A stretch of 63,625 nt of DNA, filler included, from Trichomonas gallinae (GCA_008369845.1; 5 parts of 5 records of this genome joined end to end with filler, not necessarily neighbours in it); one strand, 5' to 3'; shown: positions 9,987-20,568, numbered from the whole stretch's first letter. Numbers and translations: made by a program. Notes: generated by a model from the letters alone, not told the origin.

Positions 9987-10895
9987 TTACAATAAGCCGC
10001 TCGGAAGCGACATCTGTCGAACTGGATCTGCTACATCTTTAAAATATGGATGTGCCAGTGCATCTATAGCTGATATTCTCTTACAAGGGTCGAGCTTCAG
10101 CATCTTGGACACGAGATCTATAAGGAATATGTCATCTGTTCGCAAAACATCCTTCATATTCATAGGAGGATACTCGGGATATGCGATATCAGGCGGTACA
10201 CGTATCAAACTTCTATCTTCAGGTGTGCCAGTCACCGCAACGATCTTGTGTATTAAATCTATTTCTGAATCTGCGGAAAATAAGACTTCTCCGCGACACA
10301 TCTCTGCTATAATGCATCCAGCGCTCCATATATCAATCGATAGCTCGTACGCTCGAGGTTCAAATAAAAGCTCCGGCGCGCGATACCACAGCGAAACAAC
10401 CTGCGGGCTATATTGGCGCATTGGGACGGAGAAATACCTTGCGAGGCCGAAATCGCATAATTTCAGCTCACCTTTAGAGTTTAAAAGTAGATTTTCGGGC
10501 TTCAAGTCTCTGTGCATTATTCTGTGCGTGTGGAGGACGTAGATTGCTGCTAAAAGTTGAAAAGCGTATGATTTGAGGAGTTTGCTGTCCATTGGTTTCA
10601 TGTATCTTCCTTTTAAGTACTTGCGAAGGTCGATTTGCAGAAACTCCTGAACGATAACAATGGATTTTTCTTTCACTGAGACATCAAGCAACTTTACTAT
10701 ATTCGGGTGATCCAAACTCTTCAGGATAGAAACCTCACGAAGCGTGATTGCTGAGATTCCTTCATCTTCCTGGTTGGGACGCATGATTTTCATTGCAACG
10801 TATTGATTTGTAGTTTTATCGACGCCTTTATAGACATCGCCATATGTTCCGTGCCCAAGCTTCTCTAGTTTTTGGTACCGCTCAGGTTCTCCCAT
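9987..10895 (-). CDS. Cyclin-dependent kinase (cdc2-related, CMGC)
   Basis: GHGTYG, EGISAITLRE (PSTAIRE variant), HRDLKPENLL, DFGLAR, VVSLWYRAPE. Confidence 0.95.
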   Translation of the reverse strand: MGEPERYQKLEKLGHGTYGDVYKGVDKTTNQYVAMKIMRPNQEDEGISAITLREVSILKSLDHPNIVKLLDVSVKEKSIVIVQEFLQIDLRKYLKGRYMKPMDSKLLKSYAFQLLAAIYVLHTHRIMHRDLKPENLLLNSKGELKLCDFGLARYFSVPMRQYSPQVVSLWYRAPELLFEPRAYELSIDIWSAGCIIAEMCRGEVLFSADSEIDLIHKIVAVTGTPEDRSLIRVPPDIAYPEYPPMNMKDVLRTDDIFLIDLVSKMLKLDPCKRISAIDALAHPYFKDVADPVRQMSLPSGLL

Positions 10896-11825
10896 AAAAA
10901 TGCCCGTTTATTAATACTTTTGTTATCGTTTTCAACAAATTAACACATTATAACATATCCTTATCCATTATAATATCTATTTTTTATGTTTTTACAGCAA
11001 AAAATTGAGAAAATCGAAAAATCAAAGATGCTTTAACATATTTTAGCATATACAACTTTGCCCATAATGTCTATTCATGGAACAGGCTCTATAGTTATGA
11101 TATCTATGATCTCCCAAAAAGACTAGGACATTGTTGCTCTATCGTTCAGTAATTGACATGTAAAGTGTCATATTTAGCAAAAGTTTACCAAAAGTTTATT
11201 TTTGTAATCTTTTCAAAATATGTCACTTTCCGAATAAATTCCTACTTCTCAGGTTCTCTCCCTAGCTTAGTGGGATAAAGGTTCGATGTTCATTAATGTG
11301 TTTTAGAGTTATTTATCAACATGTGCGATATTACTTATACATTGTATTAGTTTCACTTTTTGCTTTTGTAAGTAAATATGATATGTCATGTAAAAATACG
11401 GACTTACCCAAAATCTGACATTTGTCAAAAATTCACCATGTTAATGTTCGTAGCCTATCAGTGTAGGCGATTAAAAATGAACTAACGTAGTTGTTAAATA
11501 TGATAGTATACTATACACCCTAATAGCATCAGAGAAGCTAAATCTTATTTATTCGACATTAAACTTTGCATCTATAGCCTTAATTGGGAAGGATTCCGCT
11601 GGGAAGACCAGGTGTCCGCACCTTTGTTGTTTCTTCATGCATTTTATAAACAAACTCTTTTTAATACCTTTGTTATGTTTTGTCTGTCAAATAGGGAAGT
11701 TTTACAATGTCAGATCGTCAGATATTGTAATTCTTTCAAATTTTGAAAGGAAATTTTGACAATCTGATATTGTAAAATGTCATAAAATACGTTTATTATC
11801 TAAACTATAATTCCTAAGTTAGATC

Positions 11826-14800
11826 ATGGCAGATAGCTCAAGTGATACTCATCCACTTGAGACTATAGAAAGCTCTAACAAAATCCTTCATCTTGCTAAA
11901 GAACAAATTAAGAAAGGCAATAGTTATCTCAATGATTTCCAAAAAAATTCCGCTGATTCTCAGGTTGCTATTCCTTCTCATGTGTCACCCGTCTCTGATT
12001 TGGGCGTGCAAGAAAGGATTAAAGAAATAATAGCTGCAAAACTCAAACCAGAGCTAAATTTATCAACACTTCAAATACAGAACACAACAAATTCAATAGA
12101 TCAGACTGAGAATATAAATCATATGCCAAGTGAATCTAAAATAGAGACCCGTCCCATAATCAATGACTCTGTAGTGATTACAGAAGATATTGTACCACGC
12201 AATCCAAGTATACTAGCTTTAGCAACAGAAAAGTATCCTACCCAACAAAATACAAATAATTTTGTGCCAAGGAACGTTTCTGAAGAAGGATTTTGGTCAC
12301 CAGAGCTTCCTTTATGCAAACCAAGCAATATCACTCGGTTAGAGAACAGACTCTCATGGTCTGATCCAGATCGACAGCAGTTTTTCGAAGTCGATGGTAA
12401 TTTAAAGTCAGATGCTCCATATGTTCAGCAAATTCCGCCTCCATTTCCTGTAATTCCATCAAATCATGAAGGAGCAGGACTTTTATCATTCTATGCTGCT
12501 CAAAACGAAGAAAATGTTGAAACCAATTCTGAAAGGGAATTATTTGTTGATATTGGAGATATTCATTTTATTACTCACTCGCTTTCATCACCAGAAGATG
12601 TTGCAGCATATAGGCTCGTCAAAGCATATAGAGCATATGAACAAAATCGTTTGGCAAATAAAATAGAGCTATACAAGAAGACGTTTCAAGCTTTAATTCA
12701 TCAACTCGATGAATTAATGGCTGTAACTCATTTAAATGATGGAAAACAGAATGATGTTTTAAAGGAGAAGAAAATTGAATTAATAAGAAAGATCTTAAAA
12801 TGCTGTGATGATTATGATCGTGAAGGAAACATACGCGTCAATCTTCAAGATGAACTAATACGCATTAGCCATGAACTTAAGGATTCTCGTGCGAGTTTTA
12901 GATCAACAAATGTCCAATTGAAATGGCAGAAAAGGAATCCCAAGCCAGAAGAAATAGAAGCCGAATCAAAGAAGTTAGCCGAATTTATTGAAATGAGAGC
13001 TCGCTTAATAATTCAATTAGAAGAATTACTAGGCAATCAAACAATGGATTTCGCCCAAACCAAAGAATCAATTATGCAGCGCCGAAAAGATCTAGGATTG
13101 AGAAATCCAGGCGATCCAATGTGGCTGGCTAATTTAACATTCCAAGACGAACAAATTACTCCAACTGATCAAGTCCCCGTTGGTGAACAAAATAGAAGAA
13201 CAGCCATGAAAAATACACAGATTTCAGTTAGGGTAATCGTCCCAAATCAAAGCCAATATATTACAGATTATAAATCTCTTGAATCCAACTTTGAATCTAG
13301 CATCAATGATATGAAAAAAATACCAATAACTAAACTTCCATCATCAGTGTTTCTTGAAATCATAGAAATGGACACAAATAAGATAGAACGGGCAATTGCC
13401 AGAGTCTCTGTGCCGGTATATATTGGCCTTCCTCCTGAAAAATTTACATATGAATTTTCATCAGACTTCCAGCTTCCAAATGGCAATTTAGTCACCGGCA
13501 CTGTTGATGCGAGAGTATATATATCATCTAATGACAAAGAAAAAATTATGATTACAATTCCTGATGCAAATTCTAAAATCAAAGACCGTCTTAAGAAAGA
13601 ACCATCGAAATTCATATCTTCTCTATACGAAGAAGATGCTAAATCATTCGACCCCAATGATCCTTATATTGCATCAAATCTTGCAACTCTGGCATCTCAT
13701 CATGCAAAACAACTACTGAACAACAATTTCACGCTTGATGCCGCTGCAGATTCTATAGCACTGAGCAGCTTCGTACCTGCCACGGTTAATTTTAAGTCTT
13801 TACTCCATAGACAGCAAATGATAGATGAGAAGACACGTAAGGAAATACTTCAGAATCGTGCTCAAAATCAAGATGATTATGCGGGAAAAGCTGAGATAAA
13901 GAAAAATGCTCAACAAACAGTTATTAGTTCGAGCACACATTATGCTGATATCATAAAAGAAGCCCCTATGCCTACACTTCCTTCTCTCTTATCTTCAATT
14001 TTAAAGAGATTTTTTATGTTCAGACCACTCAATCCCGACAGAAAAGAACGAGTTCCATCATCAAGTATCCAGCAATATTCTAAAATCATCGTTCACATCA
14101 TTAGATGCTCGAACATTCCTAATAGGGATCAAATTGGAACAGGTCCAAGAACCGAAAGCAGTCATGTTTACTCAAATACAACAGAGCATGTAACTACTTG
14201 CTTTGTTCGTGTGACTTTCGATGATATTTCAAGAGAAACAGCAGCCATCTCCAGTACTGCACCAGAATGGAATGAACGGTTCACTTTTAATGTTTCTAAA
14301 AATATTAACGAGACTCCAACAATTGAAGACTTACAAAAGAAACATATCAGAATTGATTTATTCGACAAAGTTACGTTCCAAACTATTGAAGATGATAGGG
14401 AACAGCAGACAACGCATCTAGTCTACGAGAATAGAAGCTTGGGTTCTATTTCATTGCCGATTAATACAATTTGGGCATCTGGCAAAGTTGATGGCTTTGC
14501 CACTCTGAATACTCCTCCAGCATATCTCGGGTACACCAATCAAGCCGAGCCCATTGCAATGAAGGTATTCATCACGATTGATCCACCAATAAAGTTCACG
14601 CCTTTGTGCTCACTCTCAGAATCCGCTGAAAATCAGCAAATCACAAGCTCTGCGCATCGATGGATGAACGAAGTTATAATTAATAATCCAGGAAATCGAT
14701 TTATCAATTTATTTACTAATACAAAAGGCAATAAGCCATTCCTCATCTGTCGGATGATCAAATCACAGAAACCTCCACCTTTGCTTGAAGGAAAATCCCC

Positions 14801-15746
14801 GGAATATCTAGCAAGATTTGTTTCTTTGATCCCAAGTTTATCAGATAATAAGAATATGCATGCCGATGATGCTTTATGGAATACATCCCAGGCATTCTTG
14901 AACAAAAATGCTGGGAATGAAGCAGAACATGCAGCACTCCTATGTAACATTTTCAAGTCAAGATCAGATACATCAAATTCATATTTGGTCTTCGGCTATA
15001 CTATTAATAATGGTCGAACAATCTTTGTGCTTACGAAGATGGGCAATTCTAATATACTATGGGATCCGAACACTGGCAGAAAATTCCAGTCAACTTCCTC
15101 GGACTGCCCAATATTCTCTGTCGGCTGTGTCTGCAATGAAAAGAATGTTTGGGCAAACATTCAGGTCCATTCAGAGCCATGGAAGATAAGGTGGAACTTT
15201 CAAGCAACAAAGGATTGGAAACCATTCATTAATGGCGAGCTTCCACCATTTTTGTCACCGCAAGAAGATAAATTGACATTTTCTCCTGAATTGAGTCTAG
15301 ACTCCACCCGAAGCATTGCAAGTCAAATTGAGCAGGATGTAATGCTATGCATTCAGAGACTAAGAGAGTCACATCAGACAACGCAATGGAACAATGCACC
15401 ACAGGAATTCATTTATCAAATAATCGATTGTTGCGAACAGCTTGCTCAAGGGGGTGAGGCAGCGTCAATTCAAGAATCAATGAAAGCTATTCAATACAGG
15501 ATGAAAGAAACAATAAGAAATACAAGAATTTTTGGAACGCCATTTTGTTTACCATTCACAGACAGCGTTTGCATCAGAAATGAAGTTGTAAACGAGATTG
15601 TAGCTAGAGAAATCCACTTAACAGAAATGAAAGATATTTCGTTCTGCGTCAAGGTTAGAGTTTATCCATATCCAAATGGAAGAGCTGCAGTGTGGGTGTT
15701 TCCTACTACAATACAGAATATCTTGCCAAATGTAAAGAGATTATAA
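11826..15746 (+). CDS. CC2D2A: CC2D2A/MKS6-like ciliary transition-zone protein
   Basis: Coiled coil, then C2 domain (VHIIRCSNIP...PEWNERFTF...IDLFD), then the C-terminal ARFVSLIP, GNEAEHAALLCN, LWDPNTG and NVWANIQ motifs. Confidence 0.85.
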   Translation: MADSSSDTHPLETIESSNKILHLAKEQIKKGNSYLNDFQKNSADSQVAIPSHVSPVSDLGVQERIKEIIAAKLKPELNLSTLQIQNTTNSIDQTENINHMPSESKIETRPIINDSVVITEDIVPRNPSILALATEKYPTQQNTNNFVPRNVSEEGFWSPELPLCKPSNITRLENRLSWSDPDRQQFFEVDGNLKSDAPYVQQIPPPFPVIPSNHEGAGLLSFYAAQNEENVETNSERELFVDIGDIHFITHSLSSPEDVAAYRLVKAYRAYEQNRLANKIELYKKTFQALIHQLDELMAVTHLNDGKQNDVLKEKKIELIRKILKCCDDYDREGNIRVNLQDELIRISHELKDSRASFRSTNVQLKWQKRNPKPEEIEAESKKLAEFIEMRARLIIQLEELLGNQTMDFAQTKESIMQRRKDLGLRNPGDPMWLANLTFQDEQITPTDQVPVGEQNRRTAMKNTQISVRVIVPNQSQYITDYKSLESNFESSINDMKKIPITKLPSSVFLEIIEMDTNKIERAIARVSVPVYIGLPPEKFTYEFSSDFQLPNGNLVTGTVDARVYISSNDKEKIMITIPDANSKIKDRLKKEPSKFISSLYEEDAKSFDPNDPYIASNLATLASHHAKQLLNNNFTLDAAADSIALSSFVPATVNFKSLLHRQQMIDEKTRKEILQNRAQNQDDYAGKAEIKKNAQQTVISSSTHYADIIKEAPMPTLPSLLSSILKRFFMFRPLNPDRKERVPSSSIQQYSKIIVHIIRCSNIPNRDQIGTGPRTESSHVYSNTTEHVTTCFVRVTFDDISRETAAISSTAPEWNERFTFNVSKNINETPTIEDLQKKHIRIDLFDKVTFQTIEDDREQQTTHLVYENRSLGSISLPINTIWASGKVDGFATLNTPPAYLGYTNQAEPIAMKVFITIDPPIKFTPLCSLSESAENQQITSSAHRWMNEVIINNPGNRFINLFTNTKGNKPFLICRMIKSQKPPPLLEGKSPEYLARFVSLIPSLSDNKNMHADDALWNTSQAFLNKNAGNEAEHAALLCNIFKSRSDTSNSYLVFGYTINNGRTIFVLTKMGNSNILWDPNTGRKFQSTSSDCPIFSVGCVCNEKNVWANIQVHSEPWKIRWNFQATKDWKPFINGELPPFLSPQEDKLTFSPELSLDSTRSIASQIEQDVMLCIQRLRESHQTTQWNNAPQEFIYQIIDCCEQLAQGGEAASIQESMKAIQYRMKETIRNTRIFGTPFCLPFTDSVCIRNEVVNEIVAREIHLTEMKDISFCVKVRVYPYPNGRAAVWVFPTTIQNILPNVKRL

Positions 15747-16020
15747 AATATTTATTTTTAGAATAAGAAATTACATTGTATCCAAAAATCAATTTTTTAA
15801 AAATTTTAAACTCAAAATTTTGACAACAAATCCTAATATTAATAATTTATTACATAATACATTATTTCAACATTTCCCCAAAAAAACGGTTTAATTTTTT
15901 TCTTTGTTATTTTTGCATAATATAATAAATGGAGTAATAGTAGAAATAACGTCCTTTGTAAAGTTATCAAAAAAATTCGTTTTTTTGTTTTGAAAAAATC
16001 CTAAAAAAAAATTTTTTTTT

Positions 16021-17442
16021 ATGGATCCTCGTGAGTCAATGAGTAGTGACATTAGAGTTATATGCAAGCTCGGCGAGGGTTCCTTTGCGGAAGTATTCAA
16101 GGTCAAGAACCCTAAGACACAGCAGCTGTTTGCTGTCAAGCGTTTAAAAAAGCGATATCGCGCGATCGATGAAGTGAATAAGCTCCCGGAAGTTTTATAT
16201 CTTCGTGCACTACAGGGGCACCCCAACATCATTAAACTCTACGAAGTAATTTTCGATAACCAGTCAGGATTTGTTGCTTTACGTTTTGAATTAATGGAAG
16301 TAAATCTTTACGAGTTAGTCAGAGACAATCAGAAGCCTTTTGACGAAAAAACGGCTTTATTGCTTATATATCAACTGCTTAAATCTCTCGCTTTTATGCA
16401 TTCTAAGAATTTATTCCACCGAGATGTAAAGCCAGAAAATTGCATGGTTAACAAGGCAACGCTGGAGCTCAAGCTGTGTGACTTTGGGTCCACGAGACAG
16501 ACTTCAACATCGGGACCTTATACAGAGTATGTCAGCACGCGCTGGTACCGCGCGCCAGAGTGCATTCTCACCAGCGGTTCTTACGGCCCGGAGGTCGATA
16601 TCTGGGCTGTAGGATGCATGCTTTACGAGCTTGTAACATCTAGGCCGCTTTTCCCCGGTAAGCATGAAATTGATCAGATTGCCCGCATTCACAACGTTGT
16701 GGGAACGCCGTCTCGCGATGTTCTTGCCAAATTCAGACAAAATCCAAATACACAGATATCTTTTTCTTTTCCACAGAGGGTTCCACAGGACTTGCACAAG
16801 CTTCTTCCGGTCATGAGTTCTGGATTCGTTGATCTTTTGCAAAGACTCCTCGTTTATAATCCAAGTGAGAGAATAACTGCACAAGATGCATTGGAGCACC
16901 CTGTTTTTGAGACGCTGCGCATGGCTGATGCTCGCTGGGTTGCTAGTGGATGCCACGTTCCTTTCTCTGTCTTTGCAGAACAAATTGGAAATATGATGAA
17001 CGCTCCTCCGTCATCTGGCATGGGTTCTTTTGTTCTTGACACTGGCTCACACAAACAACAGGCTGATGAACCACTCGTTATCCATTCTCATCCATCAAAT
17101 AATAATTCTCATGTTATGCCGCCTCTGCAGGCTTCAAATGGCCATCTGAAGCAGCCAATGCAAGGCCCAATCATTCTTCCGTCAGTTGCGAAGCCCAAAC
17201 CGCAAGTCCAGCCAATGGTTTTTAATTCGAAGGAGGCGCAGATGAAGGCCGCACAGAGAATCAGGGAGTACAACCAGAAGAAGCTTCAGAACCAGAAGGA
17301 AAAGAAGCAAGTCTGGCCGCAATTCCAATTTGGTCCTCCAAACATCACAAAGCCAAGCTACAACCCAATGGCTGGCTTCCAGAAGCCTAAACCAGAACTC
17401 ATTCAGCCGAGACTGCCAAAACTCGCTCCATATATCAAGTGA
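16021..17442 (+). CDS. MOK: MOK/RAGE-like (LF4-like) RCK-family kinase
   Basis: LGEGSFAEV, FHRDVKPEN, PYTEYVSTRWYRAPECILTSGSYG, LFPGKHEIDQIARIHNVVGTP. Confidence 0.85.
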   Translation: MDPRESMSSDIRVICKLGEGSFAEVFKVKNPKTQQLFAVKRLKKRYRAIDEVNKLPEVLYLRALQGHPNIIKLYEVIFDNQSGFVALRFELMEVNLYELVRDNQKPFDEKTALLLIYQLLKSLAFMHSKNLFHRDVKPENCMVNKATLELKLCDFGSTRQTSTSGPYTEYVSTRWYRAPECILTSGSYGPEVDIWAVGCMLYELVTSRPLFPGKHEIDQIARIHNVVGTPSRDVLAKFRQNPNTQISFSFPQRVPQDLHKLLPVMSSGFVDLLQRLLVYNPSERITAQDALEHPVFETLRMADARWVASGCHVPFSVFAEQIGNMMNAPPSSGMGSFVLDTGSHKQQADEPLVIHSHPSNNNSHVMPPLQASNGHLKQPMQGPIILPSVAKPKPQVQPMVFNSKEAQMKAAQRIREYNQKKLQNQKEKKQVWPQFQFGPPNITKPSYNPMAGFQKPKPELIQPRLPKLAPYIK

Positions 17443-17533
17443 TATTATTTTTGTTGTTTTTGTTTTGTATTTTGTTGTTTTTGTTTTGTAAAATATTTCT
17501 TTTTTTAATAAACAAACAAAAAACATTTATTTT

Positions 17534-20437
17534 CTATTGTGGATCGACGAACACAACTAAGTCATCTTCGCCATTGTTTTCTAGCTCGCAAAATGCTCCT
17601 TTTCCTAGGAATCCGTGGCCGCCTTGCGCAACCATCCACGACTGGTCGTTGCACGTGATCTTCCCTGTGCCCTGCTGTATGTACATCAAGAGGTGGGCTG
17701 TTCTAGAAATAAACTCGTATTTCGAGCCAGCGTTGATGTAGACAATCTCAGTCACTCCTGTCCTAGGACATTTTGTTCCCATGTAGAGAGTGTAGCCGTC
17801 ACCAGCAGTGCCTACATCTGGGCGTCTTGAAATGAAGTAGCTAGCTTTGTTCTGAGGCCTCCTCACTCTTGGCTTCCTCTTCACAACAGGAGAAGGCTCA
17901 ACGTGGTGCTCTCCAAACGGAACTTCACCATTAGTCTGATTGTTCACAACATTGCTGCTGACCTGGACGCTGTTGAAGACGGTGTTTCCGCCAACAGATG
18001 GCGCTGGAGACTGGGGCTCTGTGTCGGAGAGGTCTGGAATGTCACCAGTGTCCATGAACTCAGCGATTCCTGTATCTATCACGCCTTTGTTATCATCTGT
18101 AGCTATTTTGACACCTTCCGCTTCATCGTCAGAGACATGGAGTAGTCTTGTGCTTTCCTTCTCCGCCACTGGTGAGTCAGACGGCAGGCCGAATGCGATC
18201 GCATCATCCTCGTCCACTCTTGTCGATTGTGTTGGTGAAGGAGCGAGAGTCAAATTGATCTTCGTAGGAGTATATGGGGAAGGAGCAACAACGAGAGAAC
18301 CTGTGTCATCCAAATCCAATGAGCTCTTGTGCAAGCGTGTTGAAAATCCTGCGCGTGTGCTCCATCTTGTTAGCTGACGCTTCTGAGTTTGAACAACAAC
18401 TTCTTTCTCTTCATTTTCTTTATCAGTTATATTAGCATTATCAACATCTGGTTTTTGATTTTGATCTTGGCTTCCTTTTGATGCAGCTGCTTGAATTTGA
18501 GCAAGCTTCTGACTAAGCCTGTCGCTAAATGGAGATGATTGGAGAAGTGCAGAAGCAGGTCGCTGGAATTTTTTGGGTGTGTGTGAGCCTGAATCGCTCG
18601 CAGATGAGCTAGATGAGCTGCTTGGAATGTTATTGACGCGGCTGAGTCTGCTGGAGAAGCGCGACTTGTATGGCTGCTTTGGTGGGCTGCTCGTCGTGGT
18701 TTCAGGAATTGGTGTCTTGAATATTCTCTCAATAAGAGGCCGTTCGCGGACTGGTGTGGCAGATACATCGGTGTCTTCGCTAATGAATTTAGGTATTTCT
18801 TCTTCAAATTTCTCAGGCTTGGATTCCTCTGGTTCGATACTAACAATCTGCTCTGGTTTTTGAAGAACAATCTCATTATTAATAACAGGCTGTTCTTGAA
18901 TTTTATTAGTTATTGGCTCTTCCTTATTAGTTATTTGTTCTTCTTCTTGATTTTGGTTTATGATTGGTTCTTCTTGATTTTGGTTTATAATCGGTTCTTC
19001 TTGATTCTCATTTATTGTTGGCTCTTCTTGACTCCTCTTTAAAATTGAAAAAGGCCTGGCTGGTGCAAAAAATGATTCGCGATTATTATTATTGTTATTA
19101 TTTGATTGAAAGATATCTGGCTTTTTCGCTTCCATAGATGGTCTTAGTTGATTATTATCATTATCATAGTTATTATTTTCATTATAATTATCAGCTGGTA
19201 TTTCGTTGACATCTTCTTCATGATTGAAAAATCGCTTGTCATCTTCTTCGTCGTCTGAAGATGATGATAAGAATTTGGTTGTCTTTCGAGCAAAAAATGA
19301 CTCTTTTCTCTCTCTATTTTGCTGTGTGAATCTTTTCGCTGTGTTAACTTTAACTGGACTCAGGCCTGATGTTGAAAACTTCACAGGATCAACTTTTGTT
19401 GGCTTCGAGACCTTGAATTCGAAGTCCAGAGGCTTCTCATCATCTTCTTCTGGTGTGTATTCCTTGACTGTGTTTGCGAATATGCCGCGAATTGGGTTGT
19501 TGAATTCCCTGCTTGTCGGGACTGCGAAATTTGATCTAACTGGACTCGTGTCTGCGATTTCGGAGCCAAGACGCATCCTGCTCATCGGAAGACTCTGCCT
19601 GTTGAAGAAGCTCTGCCTCTTCTGAGATATGGGATTTAATAATATTGACCTATCGCTTTTTGTTGGTGGGCTGTTCTCAGAACTAGAGGGCGAGTTTTTT
19701 CTTTGCACGAGAATTTTCCTGGGTATTGAGTTGCGCTGTGGTGGCGAAGGAGAATGGGATGGTGAGTCTGGAGGGAAGTGCCTTCGTGGAGATTCTGTCT
19801 CTCTAATGGATGGACTGCTGATTTTGAGAGGTTTTTGTTCCGCATCTTCTGGTTTCGCCGGTGGAATGGGCATATTTTGACGTAATGGCAAAGGAGATAC
19901 AGGTTTAATTGGCTGCTGCATCGGCACGTCAGCATTGAAATCTTTTATTGGTGTTTTAATTGGAGATATTGCATTTGGAAATGCAAAAGCCAGATAATCT
20001 TGTGCATTTAACCCATAATCGACTAGTCTTTGTTTTTGTCTCGTATTTGCTTCATTTTTTTCTTTTCGTTTTGTTCTGTTATTCCAAATGTTTGTAGTTT
20101 TCGTTTTTTCTTGTAAATTTTGTAGTTGAATGTCTTCTCTTGGCGATAAATTGTATTCTTCATCTTGATTTTGTTCATTATTAAAATTCAGCGGGGAAGC
20201 AGGTGTGGGATCTCTGCGCAAGATAGGAGATTCCGATGCACTATCAAACTTTGGTGATTTTGGCAGGTTATTTATTGCTGAACTCGAGTTACTATCCCAA
20301 AATTTATAGATATTTTCGAAACCATTCGAGTCTATAGGAACAGGTTTATCAATAATACTTCCAGTACGTCTTCCTCTGTTAGGATCTCTTGATTTTTGAT
20401 CTTGTGTCGTCCAAAATGGCTGGTTTTGAATACTCAT
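17534..20437 (-). CDS. CENPC: CENP-C/Mif2-like inner kinetochore protein
   Basis: N-terminal GRRTG...DSNGFENIYKFWD (Mif2_N-like), a long disordered S/P-rich middle, and a C-terminal cupin (YIQQGTGKITCND...GGHGFLGKGAFCELENNGEDDLVVFV). Confidence 0.7.
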   Translation of the reverse strand: MSIQNQPFWTTQDQKSRDPNRGRRTGSIIDKPVPIDSNGFENIYKFWDSNSSSAINNLPKSPKFDSASESPILRRDPTPASPLNFNNEQNQDEEYNLSPREDIQLQNLQEKTKTTNIWNNRTKRKEKNEANTRQKQRLVDYGLNAQDYLAFAFPNAISPIKTPIKDFNADVPMQQPIKPVSPLPLRQNMPIPPAKPEDAEQKPLKISSPSIRETESPRRHFPPDSPSHSPSPPQRNSIPRKILVQRKNSPSSSENSPPTKSDRSILLNPISQKRQSFFNRQSLPMSRMRLGSEIADTSPVRSNFAVPTSREFNNPIRGIFANTVKEYTPEEDDEKPLDFEFKVSKPTKVDPVKFSTSGLSPVKVNTAKRFTQQNRERKESFFARKTTKFLSSSSDDEEDDKRFFNHEEDVNEIPADNYNENNNYDNDNNQLRPSMEAKKPDIFQSNNNNNNNRESFFAPARPFSILKRSQEEPTINENQEEPIINQNQEEPIINQNQEEEQITNKEEPITNKIQEQPVINNEIVLQKPEQIVSIEPEESKPEKFEEEIPKFISEDTDVSATPVRERPLIERIFKTPIPETTTSSPPKQPYKSRFSSRLSRVNNIPSSSSSSSASDSGSHTPKKFQRPASALLQSSPFSDRLSQKLAQIQAAASKGSQDQNQKPDVDNANITDKENEEKEVVVQTQKRQLTRWSTRAGFSTRLHKSSLDLDDTGSLVVAPSPYTPTKINLTLAPSPTQSTRVDEDDAIAFGLPSDSPVAEKESTRLLHVSDDEAEGVKIATDDNKGVIDTGIAEFMDTGDIPDLSDTEPQSPAPSVGGNTVFNSVQVSSNVVNNQTNGEVPFGEHHVEPSPVVKRKPRVRRPQNKASYFISRRPDVGTAGDGYTLYMGTKCPRTGVTEIVYINAGSKYEFISRTAHLLMYIQQGTGKITCNDQSWMVAQGGHGFLGKGAFCELENNGEDDLVVFVDPQ
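18880..19030 (-). repeat. Intragenic ~27-bp repeats encoding EEPIINQNQ-like units
   Basis: EEPTINENQ-EEPIINQNQ-EEPIINQNQ-EEEQITNK-EEPITNK in the translation. Confidence 0.8.
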
Positions 20438-20568
20438 AAAATTTAGAGGCCGTTTTTAAATTTGAAAAAAGTGCCATATCTTTTGACACATAATAAATTT
20501 ACATGTCAAAATAAATAGTCATAATTTTTCTTTATTTTTTGACTATTGATTTACTTCATTTTTTTCAG

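Noticed and set aside
11255..11295. tRNA A-box (TAGCTTAGTGG) and B-box-like (GGTTCGA) pair
   Set aside because: Spacing is far too short and there are no acceptor or anticodon stems, so it is not a tRNA.
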